A stretch of 64,000 nucleotides of DNA from the IMG/VR virus record IMGVR_UViG_3300009601_000004, positions 1 through 64,000 of that record; one strand, given 5' to 3'. Under the pieces are notes generated by a model. The model was not told where the DNA came from, ran no database searches, and saw only the letters and a program-made list of their open reading frames with translations. Of the stretch, positions 9,106 to 18,207 are shown one piece after another. This DNA is from a virus. The position numbers were made by a program, and so were the translations under genes. Numbering within the stretch: position 1 is the stretch's first letter; each line of letters begins with the position of its first letter.

Positions 9106-9582
9106 CTAGGCCTCTGACTGCTTGCCAAGAAGCTGTGAGAGGTCGTACATGGGTTCGTCGAGATCGAGGTCTGTCCGGCGGTGGTCGGCCACCGCTGAAT
9201 ACTCCTCGACCTTCGCTTCATTGATCTTGTCCTTCTGGACGACCATGAACAGGAAGCCCAGTGACTGCGCTCCCATGATCTCACTCAGTGCCATCTGCGC
9301 TTGAGCTTGACCCGGCGGTGCGAGCAGGACACGGCTGGCATTCTCGAACAGAGACAAGTCGAGCATCATGGCTTGACCCTGCAGCTGAGCCGCGGGACGT
9401 CCATGGATCTGTGTGACGCCCACGCCAAAGTTAGGCACCGGGATCAGCATCCCAGACAGCTGGTCGATGGCCTCGTGTGTGGCGCCCAGCTGGCCAAACA
9501 GCTTGATCAGCCAAGGCGGAAGGTCCACGAGCTGAGGGCCTAGCTCGATGTTCTGCGCGGGCAGTCCCGTGGATTCAGTCAA
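9106..9582 (-). CDS. Hypothetical protein
   Basis: Abuts and overlaps its neighbours in the operon. Confidence 0.65.
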   Translation of the reverse strand: MTESTGLPAQNIELGPQLVDLPPWLIKLFGQLGATHEAIDQLSGMLIPVPNFGVGVTQIHGRPAAQLQGQAMMLDLSLFENASRVLLAPPGQAQAQMALSEIMGAQSLGFLFMVVQKDKINEAKVEEYSAVADHRRTDLDLDEPMYDLSQLLGKQSEA

Positions 9583-10057
9583 GGGTCACCTCTGGCAACC
9601 CGCTGTCGTCGCCTAAGTCGTCAATGTCGAGGTCGAAGTCGTCGTCGTCTTCGAGCGCATCAAATACGATGCCCATCTCCGCCAGCCGAGCCACCTGTGC
9701 GGGGCTGATCAGAGCGCCGGCACGCTCGTGGATGAATGCCGAGTCAGGGACTTGGGCTTCGAGCGGTCCCGTGACGAGATCGATCTCTTGCTGGTCAACC
9801 CCTTGTTCGGCACCTTGGCGACGCACGGTCTCGATCTGCGCTTCGATGGCTTCAGCGATGTCCTCGACGGTGGGGTCCGGTATGACCTGGTAAGCACGCA
9901 GGTACACCCACCCTTCGGCGAGGTGCTGCAAGATGGTCTGCAGCTCTACGTCTGATTCAGACTGTGTGAACTCCATGTTGGGGTTGAAAGCGTCTGGAGC
10001 TGTGAGCCCCGATGCCCCGCACTGCATTGTGCGCGGGCGGATGTCTATACTCGGCAT
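9575..10057 (-). CDS. Acidic hypothetical protein
   Basis: GAGGA RBS before ATG 10057. Confidence 0.7.
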   Translation of the reverse strand: MPSIDIRPRTMQCGASGLTAPDAFNPNMEFTQSESDVELQTILQHLAEGWVYLRAYQVIPDPTVEDIAEAIEAQIETVRRQGAEQGVDQQEIDLVTGPLEAQVPDSAFIHERAGALISPAQVARLAEMGIVFDALEDDDDFDLDIDDLGDDSGLPEVTLD

Positions 10058-10074
10058 GTGTCTGTCCTCATTGT

Positions 10075-10575
10075 CTAGGTTATTGAAAGAACTCCGCCAG
10101 GGTCGGCCGATGTCCCACGGAGGGTGACGCGCGCACCGGGGGGCCCTGTAAGGCCCCACTGGATTCCACTGCCCATGAAGCAGGGCATCTGGCGGTGCTC
10201 TTGTGTTTCAAGGTAGCCAGCTGTGTTCACACGTAGGCCGACTTTGCTCCCGGTGAAGAACGACCAATGCACGCCAGCGAGGTCGCCCGTCACGCGGTGT
10301 ATCGTCCAGTCGTAGATCGACTTGTCCGCTTGGTAGACCCCAGACTCTGGGATCACGATGCATAGGAGTGTGTCCAACCCGTCAGCGTCCGGTATCAGCG
10401 CTGCACGCACTGCACAATCTTTGGCTTCCAGCAACTTGAGCAGCGCGTGGTCCCGCATGAAGTTGTTTGGCCCCGTGGCAAGACGGGCCGCTAAGTCGTG
10501 GAATGGCTTGGACTGCGCCTGCAGGTGTGCGGGTAAGTGGTCGTAAGCAAATAGTTGTAGGATGTCATCAGCCAC
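10075..10575 (-). CDS. Phage protein with N-terminal helical hairpin (FAYDHLP...ALLKLLEAKDCAVRA), possibly Acb2/Tad1-like
   Basis: Phage motif recognised from memory; function is inferred. Confidence 0.6.
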   Translation of the reverse strand: MADDILQLFAYDHLPAHLQAQSKPFHDLAARLATGPNNFMRDHALLKLLEAKDCAVRAALIPDADGLDTLLCIVIPESGVYQADKSIYDWTIHRVTGDLAGVHWSFFTGSKVGLRVNTAGYLETQEHRQMPCFMGSGIQWGLTGPPGARVTLRGTSADPGGVLSIT

Positions 10576-12682
10576 GGGGGATGTCCTTGATGAGGGCCGC
10601 TAGGGGGCCCTCAATTTTGTTGAGCAGCGCGATGTACTTGTTGATCAAGACGTCGTCGGCGCCGGCCTCTTCGGCTGCTTTGCGGATGGTCGTGGCCGTC
10701 AGGTAGCCACCGAGAGCCTTCGGCGCGTGCTTCACAGCGCTGATGGTCAGAGCTTGCCACTTCGCTTGCGGGTGCTTGCGCAGACCCTCTACGAGTTTGA
10801 CCATGAGCTTGCGCGCCATGGCCTGGTCAGCTGCTGGGATGTTGGCTTTGTCCGCTGGGTGTTGACGTAGGTTTGTGCGAGTGCGAGGGGGCTCTGTAGG
10901 CGCGGGTGCTGTTGCCCCGCCTGCGCTTGGGTCGTACTTCTCACGTCCCATGGCGGCGAGCGCAGCGGGTCCACCGACCTCACGGTAGGCGTCACCATGC
11001 GCAGCACGCGCGGCTTTCACATGTTCGGGCACTGCGGCCTCTTCTGCGATGCGTGCCTGCTCTGCTTCTGCCGCTGCTATTTCGTCATTCGTGAGACCAC
11101 GACCGTTGGTAGACAGCCACTCGCGAGCCTGCTCAAGCGTCATCTCCTCTTCCGTGTCCGGGTGGTAAATGACGCCTTCGCTGTCTTGCAGTAGCCCGTC
11201 CTCACGCTCGATTAGGTCGTCTTCGTCGTCTTCGTCGTCGTCCTGTTCGAGCTGCATGGCCGGCGTCATTATCACCTTGCCGACTTCGCCGGCCTGCTTA
11301 ATGACCTCCTTCACAATGCCTGCCCAGCCGTCGGCCTTGTCCTCCTCCTCTTTCGGGGACACAAAGCGGTCCTTGAAGGCGTCGACCAGTCCGAGTTTCT
11401 CCGCAAGTGCCAGTGCTGGCACAAGCATTGTACCGACGGCCATGAGGCTATTCATCGGGTTGGACGCTTCCATACGCTGCGTCATTAGGGCCGTCATCGA
11501 GGCGTTGTGGCTACGTTCGCGCTCGCGTTCTTCCGCACGACGGCGGTCGTCCTCTGCGCGGTCTTGGCGCTCGCGAGCTTCCCGGCGGTCGCGCTCCTCT
11601 TTGATCTGTGCTTCACGGCGATTCTGTTCGCGGTTTTCTGTCTCCCGACGTTCAAGGCGCTCCTCACGCATCCGAGACTCACGGCGGTCGAGGTCTGTGC
11701 GCGCTTGGTCCGCTTGGATGCGCGCCTGGTCGACTACCATCGTGAGGCTCTGGGACTGGAGCGAACCGTGTTCCTTCATTTGCTCGCGGTCGCGGTCGGC
11801 GGAGCGGTTGTACCACTCGCGCTCCGCACGGGCTTGCGCGTCCGAGCGGGTCGCGCCTTGGTTCATCAGGGTGCTGACCATCGTCGTGTAGTTGTCGACC
11901 GTCTTCGCAGCCATCCCGAACTGACTCGCATTGGCGTCGGCGCGAGACTCCTCTAGCCGTGCTTCGCGCTCGCGCAGGTCGGTGCGGTCGGACATCTCAC
12001 GGTCAAAGGTCGCTTTGTCCTTCTGTTGTAGGTAAGCAAACGTGCTGTCTGTCACCTGGCCAGCTCCGTAGCTCATGGGGGCTGGTGCGACAGTATCTGC
12101 ACCATTCAGCCGGCGCTGCTCTTGGAAGTAGATGTGGTCCGGCGGGATCTCTAGGACGTACGGCGTGTTCGCGAGGTCGAGGTCGGCACCGAATTGGTCA
12201 ATGGGTGTACACAGGAAAGTGCCGGGACCGAACGTCTTGATGATGTCTAGGCGTGAGCACATTGCGGGGAAGTCGCCTAGATGCTCCATTTTACCCGTCC
12301 CGCCCATGCGGTTGACACGTAGATGGTAGGTCTCGCCGCTTGTGCTGTAGCGTGCCCAGTCCGACCAGACGGGAGCAGAGCCTACGACTGACGAAGGTAG
12401 TCGCCCCATCCCACGATGAGCCTGTGCTGCTGGGCCTCCGACGCCTGGCGTGTCGGCAACCGCCCCTGTGTCGGCGTCGTTGTCACCGAACAGGTCGTAC
12501 CCTTCATCATCTTCTGGGGGAACGCCTGCCATTGTCGGCTGTGCAGGTGTGGGCTGTCCGTCTGGTGCGCTTGGTCGCGGCTGGTAGCTGTCCCAGTCGA
12601 CTTCAAATTCATCCCCGGTATCCGCGCCCGGCACGCTCACATTGTCACCTGGCATCGCTGGCAAACTTGGGTCCATTGACAT
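10568..12682 (-). CDS. Large acidic/coiled-coil protein (704 aa)
   Basis: GAGGA RBS; long ER-rich coiled coil and acidic tracts. Confidence 0.8.
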   Translation of the reverse strand: MSMDPSLPAMPGDNVSVPGADTGDEFEVDWDSYQPRPSAPDGQPTPAQPTMAGVPPEDDEGYDLFGDNDADTGAVADTPGVGGPAAQAHRGMGRLPSSVVGSAPVWSDWARYSTSGETYHLRVNRMGGTGKMEHLGDFPAMCSRLDIIKTFGPGTFLCTPIDQFGADLDLANTPYVLEIPPDHIYFQEQRRLNGADTVAPAPMSYGAGQVTDSTFAYLQQKDKATFDREMSDRTDLREREARLEESRADANASQFGMAAKTVDNYTTMVSTLMNQGATRSDAQARAEREWYNRSADRDREQMKEHGSLQSQSLTMVVDQARIQADQARTDLDRRESRMREERLERRETENREQNRREAQIKEERDRREARERQDRAEDDRRRAEERERERSHNASMTALMTQRMEASNPMNSLMAVGTMLVPALALAEKLGLVDAFKDRFVSPKEEEDKADGWAGIVKEVIKQAGEVGKVIMTPAMQLEQDDDEDDEDDLIEREDGLLQDSEGVIYHPDTEEEMTLEQAREWLSTNGRGLTNDEIAAAEAEQARIAEEAAVPEHVKAARAAHGDAYREVGGPAALAAMGREKYDPSAGGATAPAPTEPPRTRTNLRQHPADKANIPAADQAMARKLMVKLVEGLRKHPQAKWQALTISAVKHAPKALGGYLTATTIRKAAEEAGADDVLINKYIALLNKIEGPLAALIKDIPRG

Positions 12683-12875
12683 TCGTAGTCCTCGTTTTCG
12701 TGGGCAATCGGTTTCCCAGCCGGTTGCAAGTGATCGACGTAAGCAGCGATTATTGCCCCCTCCTATAACCCTTGGGCACTTGCGCTAAGCAACTGTACAC
12801 TGCTAGAACGAGTCGCACAAGGGCGGGAGCACCCAGCCTGTCCCTGCCCCCCTTAACCCGCAGAGGCATACACCT

Positions 12876-13283
12876 ATGGCGCGCAAAACGTCGGCCCGAA
12901 GCCAACATGACACATCGACCCGACTTCAAACCCAGTCGTCAACCGTCGCACTAGCAGAGGGTATCGCCCACCAACTGGGTGTCCCCCTACAGTCGTTTGT
13001 TGACGCTGCAATCAAGCAATCCATCCACCGCTACATCCTGGGAATTACAGATCCCATCTTGCCCGTACCGAGTTTCCACCGCACTGGTAAACGTCGGCAT
13101 GTGGCGAATCCAGAAGCGTACAAGGAGTGCATTGAGCGGTACCGCCAAGAGGATGTCATGGCGATCATCACAGCAGTGGAACGCATCGAGCCTGTCTACC
13201 CGGAGCAGGGTAAACGGGTCACTTTCATACCCGGCGACCCTGCCACCTACGTCAAACACCACCCACGGATGAAAAAGACATGA
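12876..13283 (+). CDS. Hypothetical protein, possible ribbon-helix-helix N-terminus
   Basis: GAGG RBS; VALAEGIAHQLGVPLQSFVDAAI. Confidence 0.6.
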   Translation: MARKTSARSQHDTSTRLQTQSSTVALAEGIAHQLGVPLQSFVDAAIKQSIHRYILGITDPILPVPSFHRTGKRRHVANPEAYKECIERYRQEDVMAIITAVERIEPVYPEQGKRVTFIPGDPATYVKHHPRMKKT

Positions 13284-14005
13284 GCAACACGGATCCCAGC
13301 GCCATGCCCAAAGACATCGAGCGCTATGGCAATCTGCTGACGCTTGCAGCCAACCCCGCCGCCGCGAGTGGCGAAGTGGCCAACGCGCTGAACCACCTTC
13401 GACGGATGGAGGACAAAGACCCCAGCATCCGCATACGCTTCGCAGAGTACAAGGTAGAGAATCCTACACCAGCAGCTCCTCAAGCTGCACCTGACCCGTT
13501 TGGGGACTTCCTGACGGACCAGCTAGGTGCTCTCTTCGGCGAGGCCCGGTCAGCTCTGAGCAGCAACGTACCCCAGGCTACGGCCACCATTGTTGCGGCT
13601 GTTGAGGAGCTACTCGGCACCGCGAAAACCGCTATCACACCAGGGACATCCAGCATGGACATCGACACTTCGGACATTGACTTAGGCGGCATCAAATGGG
13701 GGAAGGAAGTCACAACCCCTGACCAGGTGGCCGGTGCCTACGAGAAGATGGTGCGCACAGATGAGGACTTTGGCATCGTGGACGGCGACGACCCGTCAGA
13801 GGGCGACCTTGCCCAGATCTACATCCAGATACCTGTCGGTATGCTCGTACAGGTCGCCAAGAACGCCAAGCTCTCACACGAATTTGTAGGTCAGCTCATC
13901 GTAGACTTGCTGGACGATGGCGAAGACGACGACGACGACGGCGAGGTAGAAGAGGTCGAGCCACCATCACGCTTTGCGCGTGGTGCTCGGTCCCGTATGT
14001 CCTAG
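13280..14005 (+). CDS. Acidic hypothetical protein
   Basis: ATGA coupling; followed by a terminator. Confidence 0.75.
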   Translation: MSNTDPSAMPKDIERYGNLLTLAANPAAASGEVANALNHLRRMEDKDPSIRIRFAEYKVENPTPAAPQAAPDPFGDFLTDQLGALFGEARSALSSNVPQATATIVAAVEELLGTAKTAITPGTSSMDIDTSDIDLGGIKWGKEVTTPDQVAGAYEKMVRTDEDFGIVDGDDPSEGDLAQIYIQIPVGMLVQVAKNAKLSHEFVGQLIVDLLDDGEDDDDDGEVEEVEPPSRFARGARSRMS

Positions 14006-14056
14006 CGTCTGCACTGCGTTATACCGGAGGTGTTCCACCGTGCCCGGTACAGGAAC

Positions 14057-14089
14057 CGCCCACCAGGGATTTACCTTGGTGGGCGTTTT
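14057..14089 (+). terminator. Intrinsic terminator
   Basis: CGCCCACCAGGG-ATTTA-CCTTGGTGGGCG followed by TTTT, between convergent genes. Confidence 0.7.
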
Positions 14090-14094
14090 CGCGT

Positions 14095-14808
14095 TTAGAG
14101 GCCACCACTGGGGCGTGTGGGTAGCCAAGACGTCATCCAGGCCCAAGCCAGTGAGAGGGCGAAGCGGACCTTCCAGAGGCGTCCAGGCGGCTTGTAGGCG
14201 GCAGGAGCCGGTCCTACCACCTTGACGTGCGCCACACGGTGGAAAGCCTCCATGTTGAACATGGGATGATTTTCCCCCTTGGCAAGAGAGATGGCCATGC
14301 TGGCGGCACGCTTGTCGTCGTCTGCCACGACCATCAGGACCGCCTTAGCGACGCGGTCTTCCAGCAGTCGAGGGCGACCCTGCAGGCCGTTGGCGCGGGT
14401 CCACTGGGCGACGGCGTCACCGACTAGCTGGGTCACGTCGGGGATCTCTGCGTAGTGATTAGGGCCTGTGGAGCCCATGGCACCCTTGGGCGGGCGGCCA
14501 TCAAGGGTCCAAGCGCCGTCGGTGTAGCGCACTTGGGCGTCAGCAAAACCCACTTGGATGACGAACTTCCCGCGGTGGGCACCTAGCACCTGCAGTTCGG
14601 CGACGGCAAAGGCTACTGGGTATTCGGGCATGTGCGATTCGATGCCGATCTGACGAACGTCCCCAGCCTCGGAAGCATTGCCCCCAGCCATTCGGCAGTC
14701 ACGGCGCAGCTCTGTGGTGGGGAGCCATTGCAGCAAGATGCGCGGCAAAGGCCCACGGGGTTTGGGTGCGGTGGATTCGTGCTGTGGGCCAGCGGAAACA
14801 GTAGCCAT
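14095..14808 (-). CDS. Hypothetical protein
   Basis: AGGAGG RBS before ATG 14808. Confidence 0.7.
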   Translation of the reverse strand: MATVSAGPQHESTAPKPRGPLPRILLQWLPTTELRRDCRMAGGNASEAGDVRQIGIESHMPEYPVAFAVAELQVLGAHRGKFVIQVGFADAQVRYTDGAWTLDGRPPKGAMGSTGPNHYAEIPDVTQLVGDAVAQWTRANGLQGRPRLLEDRVAKAVLMVVADDDKRAASMAISLAKGENHPMFNMEAFHRVAHVKVVGPAPAAYKPPGRLWKVRFALSLAWAWMTSWLPTRPSGGL

Positions 14809-14893
14809 GGATGACCTCCTAATGGTTGGTGGGGAGTGTAGCACGACGGTGCAAAGAGGGGGACGGCGAGCGGGTGCCGAGTAGGGAGAAACA

Positions 14894-15142
14894 CGGAGAT
14901 TTGACGGGGGGTATAGAAATAGGTAAGACATGCGTGGGAGGCTTTAGGCAGATTGCTAGAAAGAAAGAAGGTTAGTTAAGTAAGTAGAGACACACATTAA
15001 CCTAGTTAGAACCTTATATATCATACTATTACTACCCTATTCTGCTAACTTTACTAATCAACTAATATCTTTCTTTCCCGAATGCTGCGTAAAGGCCCCA
15101 CGCACGACTTAACAGTTCCTATACCCCCCCAAACACTCTCCG
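14894..15142. repeat. ~250-bp imperfect inverted repeat centred on TATATA (15015-15020), AT-rich core; candidate origin or resolution site
   Basis: Symmetric blocks CGGAGA/TCTCCG, GGGGGGTATAG/CTATACCCCCC, TGCGTGGG/CCCACGCA, GAAAGAAAGA/TCTTTCTTTC and TTAGTT/AACTAA all share the same centre within about 1 nt. Confidence 0.8.
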
Positions 15143-15150
15143 AGATTTTG

Positions 15151-16401
15151 ATGCGCAAAGACCCTCTCCTCTCGCTCACTTCCGGCCAATCAATAGCGAC
15201 CAGCGCACTGCTGGATGTCTTCCAATCCAGGTACTCAAACTCAACCGCTTACTCCTACCTCTGTGCTCTCCGCTCGATGCTTCGCGCAGGTGTCCAGTTG
15301 GACGAAGCCGAGCCCGTGCGCCTCTTCCACGCTGCTTTGTGTGCCGAACAGCCTGCTAGGGGCCGCCGCCTTCACCACGCCCTTGTGCATGTCCGTCGCA
15401 CCTATGGGCTCATGGTCGGAGCAGGGTGGGGATTCCTGACTGACCGGGCACCCGGACGGCCCCAACGCGACATCCCCCCCGTGGATGCCGCGGCAGGCCT
15501 GTACATCGACTTCGAGAAGGACTTGCTTGTACAGGGCATCAAACCTGCGTCTGCCGCGAAGACCCGCTACCACTGCGAACGGGTAGGAAGTCTCATCGGG
15601 GGCCGCAACGTCACGGCACCCGAAGCAACTGCTCACTTGTCCCCTAGCTACAAGATGCAGCTCCTCACGGCTTGGGGTCGTTTTGCTCGCTGGGTTGTTC
15701 GACATCAACGCGAATCGGAGAGTGAATCTATGTCCCACGTTCCATCCGGCGCAACACGCCAGCTCATCCACAAAATCGGATTCGCCCTGCGCTTGTCGGC
15801 TACCTCAACTCGTGTGGGACGGTATGAGCGACTAGAAGCCATGACGTGGGCTGAGATGGTACCGCTGGTAGACGAGCATAGTGGCGACGTGCGAGGGATG
15901 CGTCTCCCGCTGTCTGGTGCTTCGAGCGACTGGGGGCCGGATGGCACGCTCACCCGCGCCGTAGAGCTGTTCGGCCCCCGTGCGATGGGGTTGCTCGCCG
16001 CCCACCACGCATGGGCGTGCCCATTGAGCCGACATGACCCGCTGTTTCCCCACATACCAAAGTCGGGTAAGGTGCTGTCTGCCGGTGCGCTGCGTGAGAT
16101 ATTCCGGGAAGTCAGCAACGCGCGCAAAGGTGTGGAGACTCCAGGGGCACGTAAGAAGCAAGCAAGCGTCACGGCCTCCAAGGTTGAGGCGCAGTCCGAC
16201 CGCCCCATCTTCGCAGACGCGGAACCCATTGCGGATGACTACGACATGGACCCAGGGTTTGAGGAGGATGACGAAGCCATCACAGCGTTTCGCAATGCGG
16301 CACTGCAAGCGGGGATGTCACGCATCAGCTCACGCCTGCAGGAGACGACAGAAGCGGAAGATGCCGCAGAGCGCGAACGGCTCATTTCCGAGATCCAGTA
16401 G
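15151..16401 (+). CDS. Tyrosine-recombinase-like protein, catalytically degenerate
   Basis: Core-binding-like segments (YSNSTAYSY; QGIKPASA), box I-like GRYERLEAMTWAEM, and DPLFP...LSAGALREIF. HxxR reads TPGAR; no LGH or catalytic Tyr context. Confidence 0.55.
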   Translation: MRKDPLLSLTSGQSIATSALLDVFQSRYSNSTAYSYLCALRSMLRAGVQLDEAEPVRLFHAALCAEQPARGRRLHHALVHVRRTYGLMVGAGWGFLTDRAPGRPQRDIPPVDAAAGLYIDFEKDLLVQGIKPASAAKTRYHCERVGSLIGGRNVTAPEATAHLSPSYKMQLLTAWGRFARWVVRHQRESESESMSHVPSGATRQLIHKIGFALRLSATSTRVGRYERLEAMTWAEMVPLVDEHSGDVRGMRLPLSGASSDWGPDGTLTRAVELFGPRAMGLLAAHHAWACPLSRHDPLFPHIPKSGKVLSAGALREIFREVSNARKGVETPGARKKQASVTASKVEAQSDRPIFADAEPIADDYDMDPGFEEDDEAITAFRNAALQAGMSRISSRLQETTEAEDAAERERLISEIQ

Positions 16402-16407
16402 AACAAT

Positions 16408-16449
16408 CACCGCCAGCGGGTTGCAACCCGCGAGCGGTTGGAATAGACT
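16408..16449 (+). promoter_or_regulatory. Promoter TTGCAA-N17-TAGACT with two operator copies
   Basis: -35 at 16421-16426, -10 at 16444-16449; CACCGCCAGCGGGT at 16408-16421 and ACCCGCGAGCGGTT at 16426-16439. Confidence 0.75.
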
Positions 16450-16470
16450 TGGCGGAGTGGAGGCACCTCA

Positions 16471-16863
16471 ATGCCGGATGACGTCCCAGACAAGGTAAGC
16501 ACTGTGGCGGCTGTAGTTACAGCCGAGCAGCGCAACCTTAGCCGTATCTCACGCATTGGAAAGGAACGCAACAGCACGCTTTCAAAGCAGGCAGCGCTTG
16601 CGATGCACAAAGCCATCTGCCAAGCCCTTGGTGTCCGTCTGTCCGACGAGGCGAGTGGTGCCAAGTCTACAGCCGCGCGCCTACTGGGCGTGCGTACACA
16701 GCGCTACACAGAGGCCACCAGTGGCACACGGGGATCACTTCCCAGTGTGTGCAACTGGTTCAGTCTGTGGAACGCGTCGCAGGCCCGTGAAGCTCGTGGG
16801 CTTCCTAAGCTCCAACTTGTGTGGGATGGCACCCACTTCGAGGCTAAACCCCTAGAGGACTGA
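16471..16863 (+). CDS. HTH DNA-binding protein (candidate repressor/Cro)
   Basis: KSTAARLLGVRTQRYTEATSG is HTH-like; first gene after the operator pair; GGAGG RBS. Confidence 0.6.
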   Translation: MPDDVPDKVSTVAAVVTAEQRNLSRISRIGKERNSTLSKQAALAMHKAICQALGVRLSDEASGAKSTAARLLGVRTQRYTEATSGTRGSLPSVCNWFSLWNASQAREARGLPKLQLVWDGTHFEAKPLED

Positions 16864-16880
16864 AAGGTCAGAGGCGAAAC

Positions 16881-17195
16881 ATGAGTAAACTGGCATCAAG
16901 GGTTAACCGTGCCCTGTGGGTAGTGGACTGTCTGTGGACAAGCACAGGACAGGGCGTGGAAAAGCACCGGGTCAACCGGGCATCTCCCATGTACCCCACG
17001 ACAGAAGTACACGAAGTAGGCCGTACACACGACCTGACGCGTGGTCAGATTGTGCGGGACATCAACACGCTCCGTGACGCGGGGCTAGTGCAGACAGAAA
17101 AGCGGCCAGGCGGACTGACGCAGGCTTTTGCATACACACAATACATCGGCCTCACTCCTGACGGAATGCAGGCTATCGACCGGAGGGGACGCTGA
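16881..17195 (+). CDS. Winged-helix protein
   Basis: LTRGQIVRDINTLRDAGLVQ...IGLTPDG is a wHTH pattern. Confidence 0.65.
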   Translation: MSKLASRVNRALWVVDCLWTSTGQGVEKHRVNRASPMYPTTEVHEVGRTHDLTRGQIVRDINTLRDAGLVQTEKRPGGLTQAFAYTQYIGLTPDGMQAIDRRGR

Positions 17196-17671
17196 TGTCC
17201 GACGAAGCACTAGATACCCTGGTCGCCCTGCGTAATCGCATTGAGAAGGACCACGCAGCCGACATCGAATTGTCCACAGAGGCCGACCTCTGGCGTCTCG
17301 CCAAATTCCCAGGGGTACCGCCACCCGCAGACCCGTACGGCGATGAGATCTCTGTCGACACCGGGGGACGCTGCCCCATCGACGGGAGTGAACAGATCGT
17401 AGCCCGCTACCTGCCGGCAGGTGGGTACTCAGCCGGCGATGCTGCGGCATGGGATTGGAACGAGCCCATCACATTCCGCAGGCGGAAGGCGAAGCATCCG
17501 GGCAAAACGTACTTTCACGGCAAGATGGAAATTGTATTGAACTGCTACCCTGACATCCGTGTGGGGGAGCACATCGCACACGTAAACGCCCCGCGAGGGC
17601 ACAGGCGGGCTGACTCCGTCACCTGGGACTCGGTAGGTAGCTTTGCCCGCTGGCTGGGGCCGTTGACATGA
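17195..17671 (+). CDS. Hypothetical protein
   Basis: TGATG coupling; GGAGG RBS. Confidence 0.7.
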   Translation: MSDEALDTLVALRNRIEKDHAADIELSTEADLWRLAKFPGVPPPADPYGDEISVDTGGRCPIDGSEQIVARYLPAGGYSAGDAAAWDWNEPITFRRRKAKHPGKTYFHGKMEIVLNCYPDIRVGEHIAHVNAPRGHRRADSVTWDSVGSFARWLGPLT

Positions 17672-18066
17672 GTGACTCCAAACATCGCAGCACCCTAGTA
17701 CGTCTGGATATGCTCTACGCCACAGGGGTTGCGGCACGCCTCCTGTACCCTCTGGAAGTGGTTGGCAGTGACGGAGCGCCATTAGGTGCTGCTCTCCACT
17801 ACACAGGGCCCTACGCCGCAGACAACCGCTGGGACCACTGCGTGAATGTCTTCATTGACTACCACCAAACAGAGCCACCTGCGGACGCCTGTCTCGACGT
17901 CACAGACACACTCACTATCATCTCACTCTGTGTCGCCATTAACTTCCAGCCCAAGCCCCATCTAGGGGATGCCGCAGTCTGCCAAGCCGTGCTTGAGGCG
18001 TTGCTGGCCCATTGCACAGACGTCCTAGCTGACGCCATGGCAGGTAAGGACAAGCCACATGAATGA
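17668..18066 (+). CDS. Hypothetical protein
   Basis: ATGA coupling. Confidence 0.65.
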   Translation: MSDSKHRSTLVRLDMLYATGVAARLLYPLEVVGSDGAPLGAALHYTGPYAADNRWDHCVNVFIDYHQTEPPADACLDVTDTLTIISLCVAINFQPKPHLGDAAVCQAVLEALLAHCTDVLADAMAGKDKPHE

Positions 18067-18196
18067 CCCCAAACAGCTCAGCGCTGGGCAGCTGACAGAC
18101 TCGGCACCCCACGAGTGCGATTGTCCCTCAGCTAGCGTCGGCAGCATCGCCGGCTTGCTTTTAATCGCCTTCGTTGCCTTCCTTATCTTCCGCTAG
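18059..18196 (+). CDS. 45-aa membrane peptide (below the ORF-track cutoff)
   Basis: AAGGA RBS; fills the gap; ends in IAGLLLIAFVAFLIFR. Confidence 0.5.
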   Translation: MNDPKQLSAGQLTDSAPHECDCPSASVGSIAGLLLIAFVAFLIFR

Positions 18197-18207
18197 GAGA
18201 CTACCTA

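Noticed and set aside
11169-11891. Long Ser/Arg-rich plus-strand ORF and similar antisense ORFs (e.g. 29256-30074, 38513-39463, 48592-49263)
   Set aside because: Antisense shadows of well-supported genes in GC-rich DNA.
15151-16401. Firm call as active integrase or protelomerase
   Set aside because: Catalytic His and Tyr motifs are not visible, and the palindrome is imperfect near its centre.
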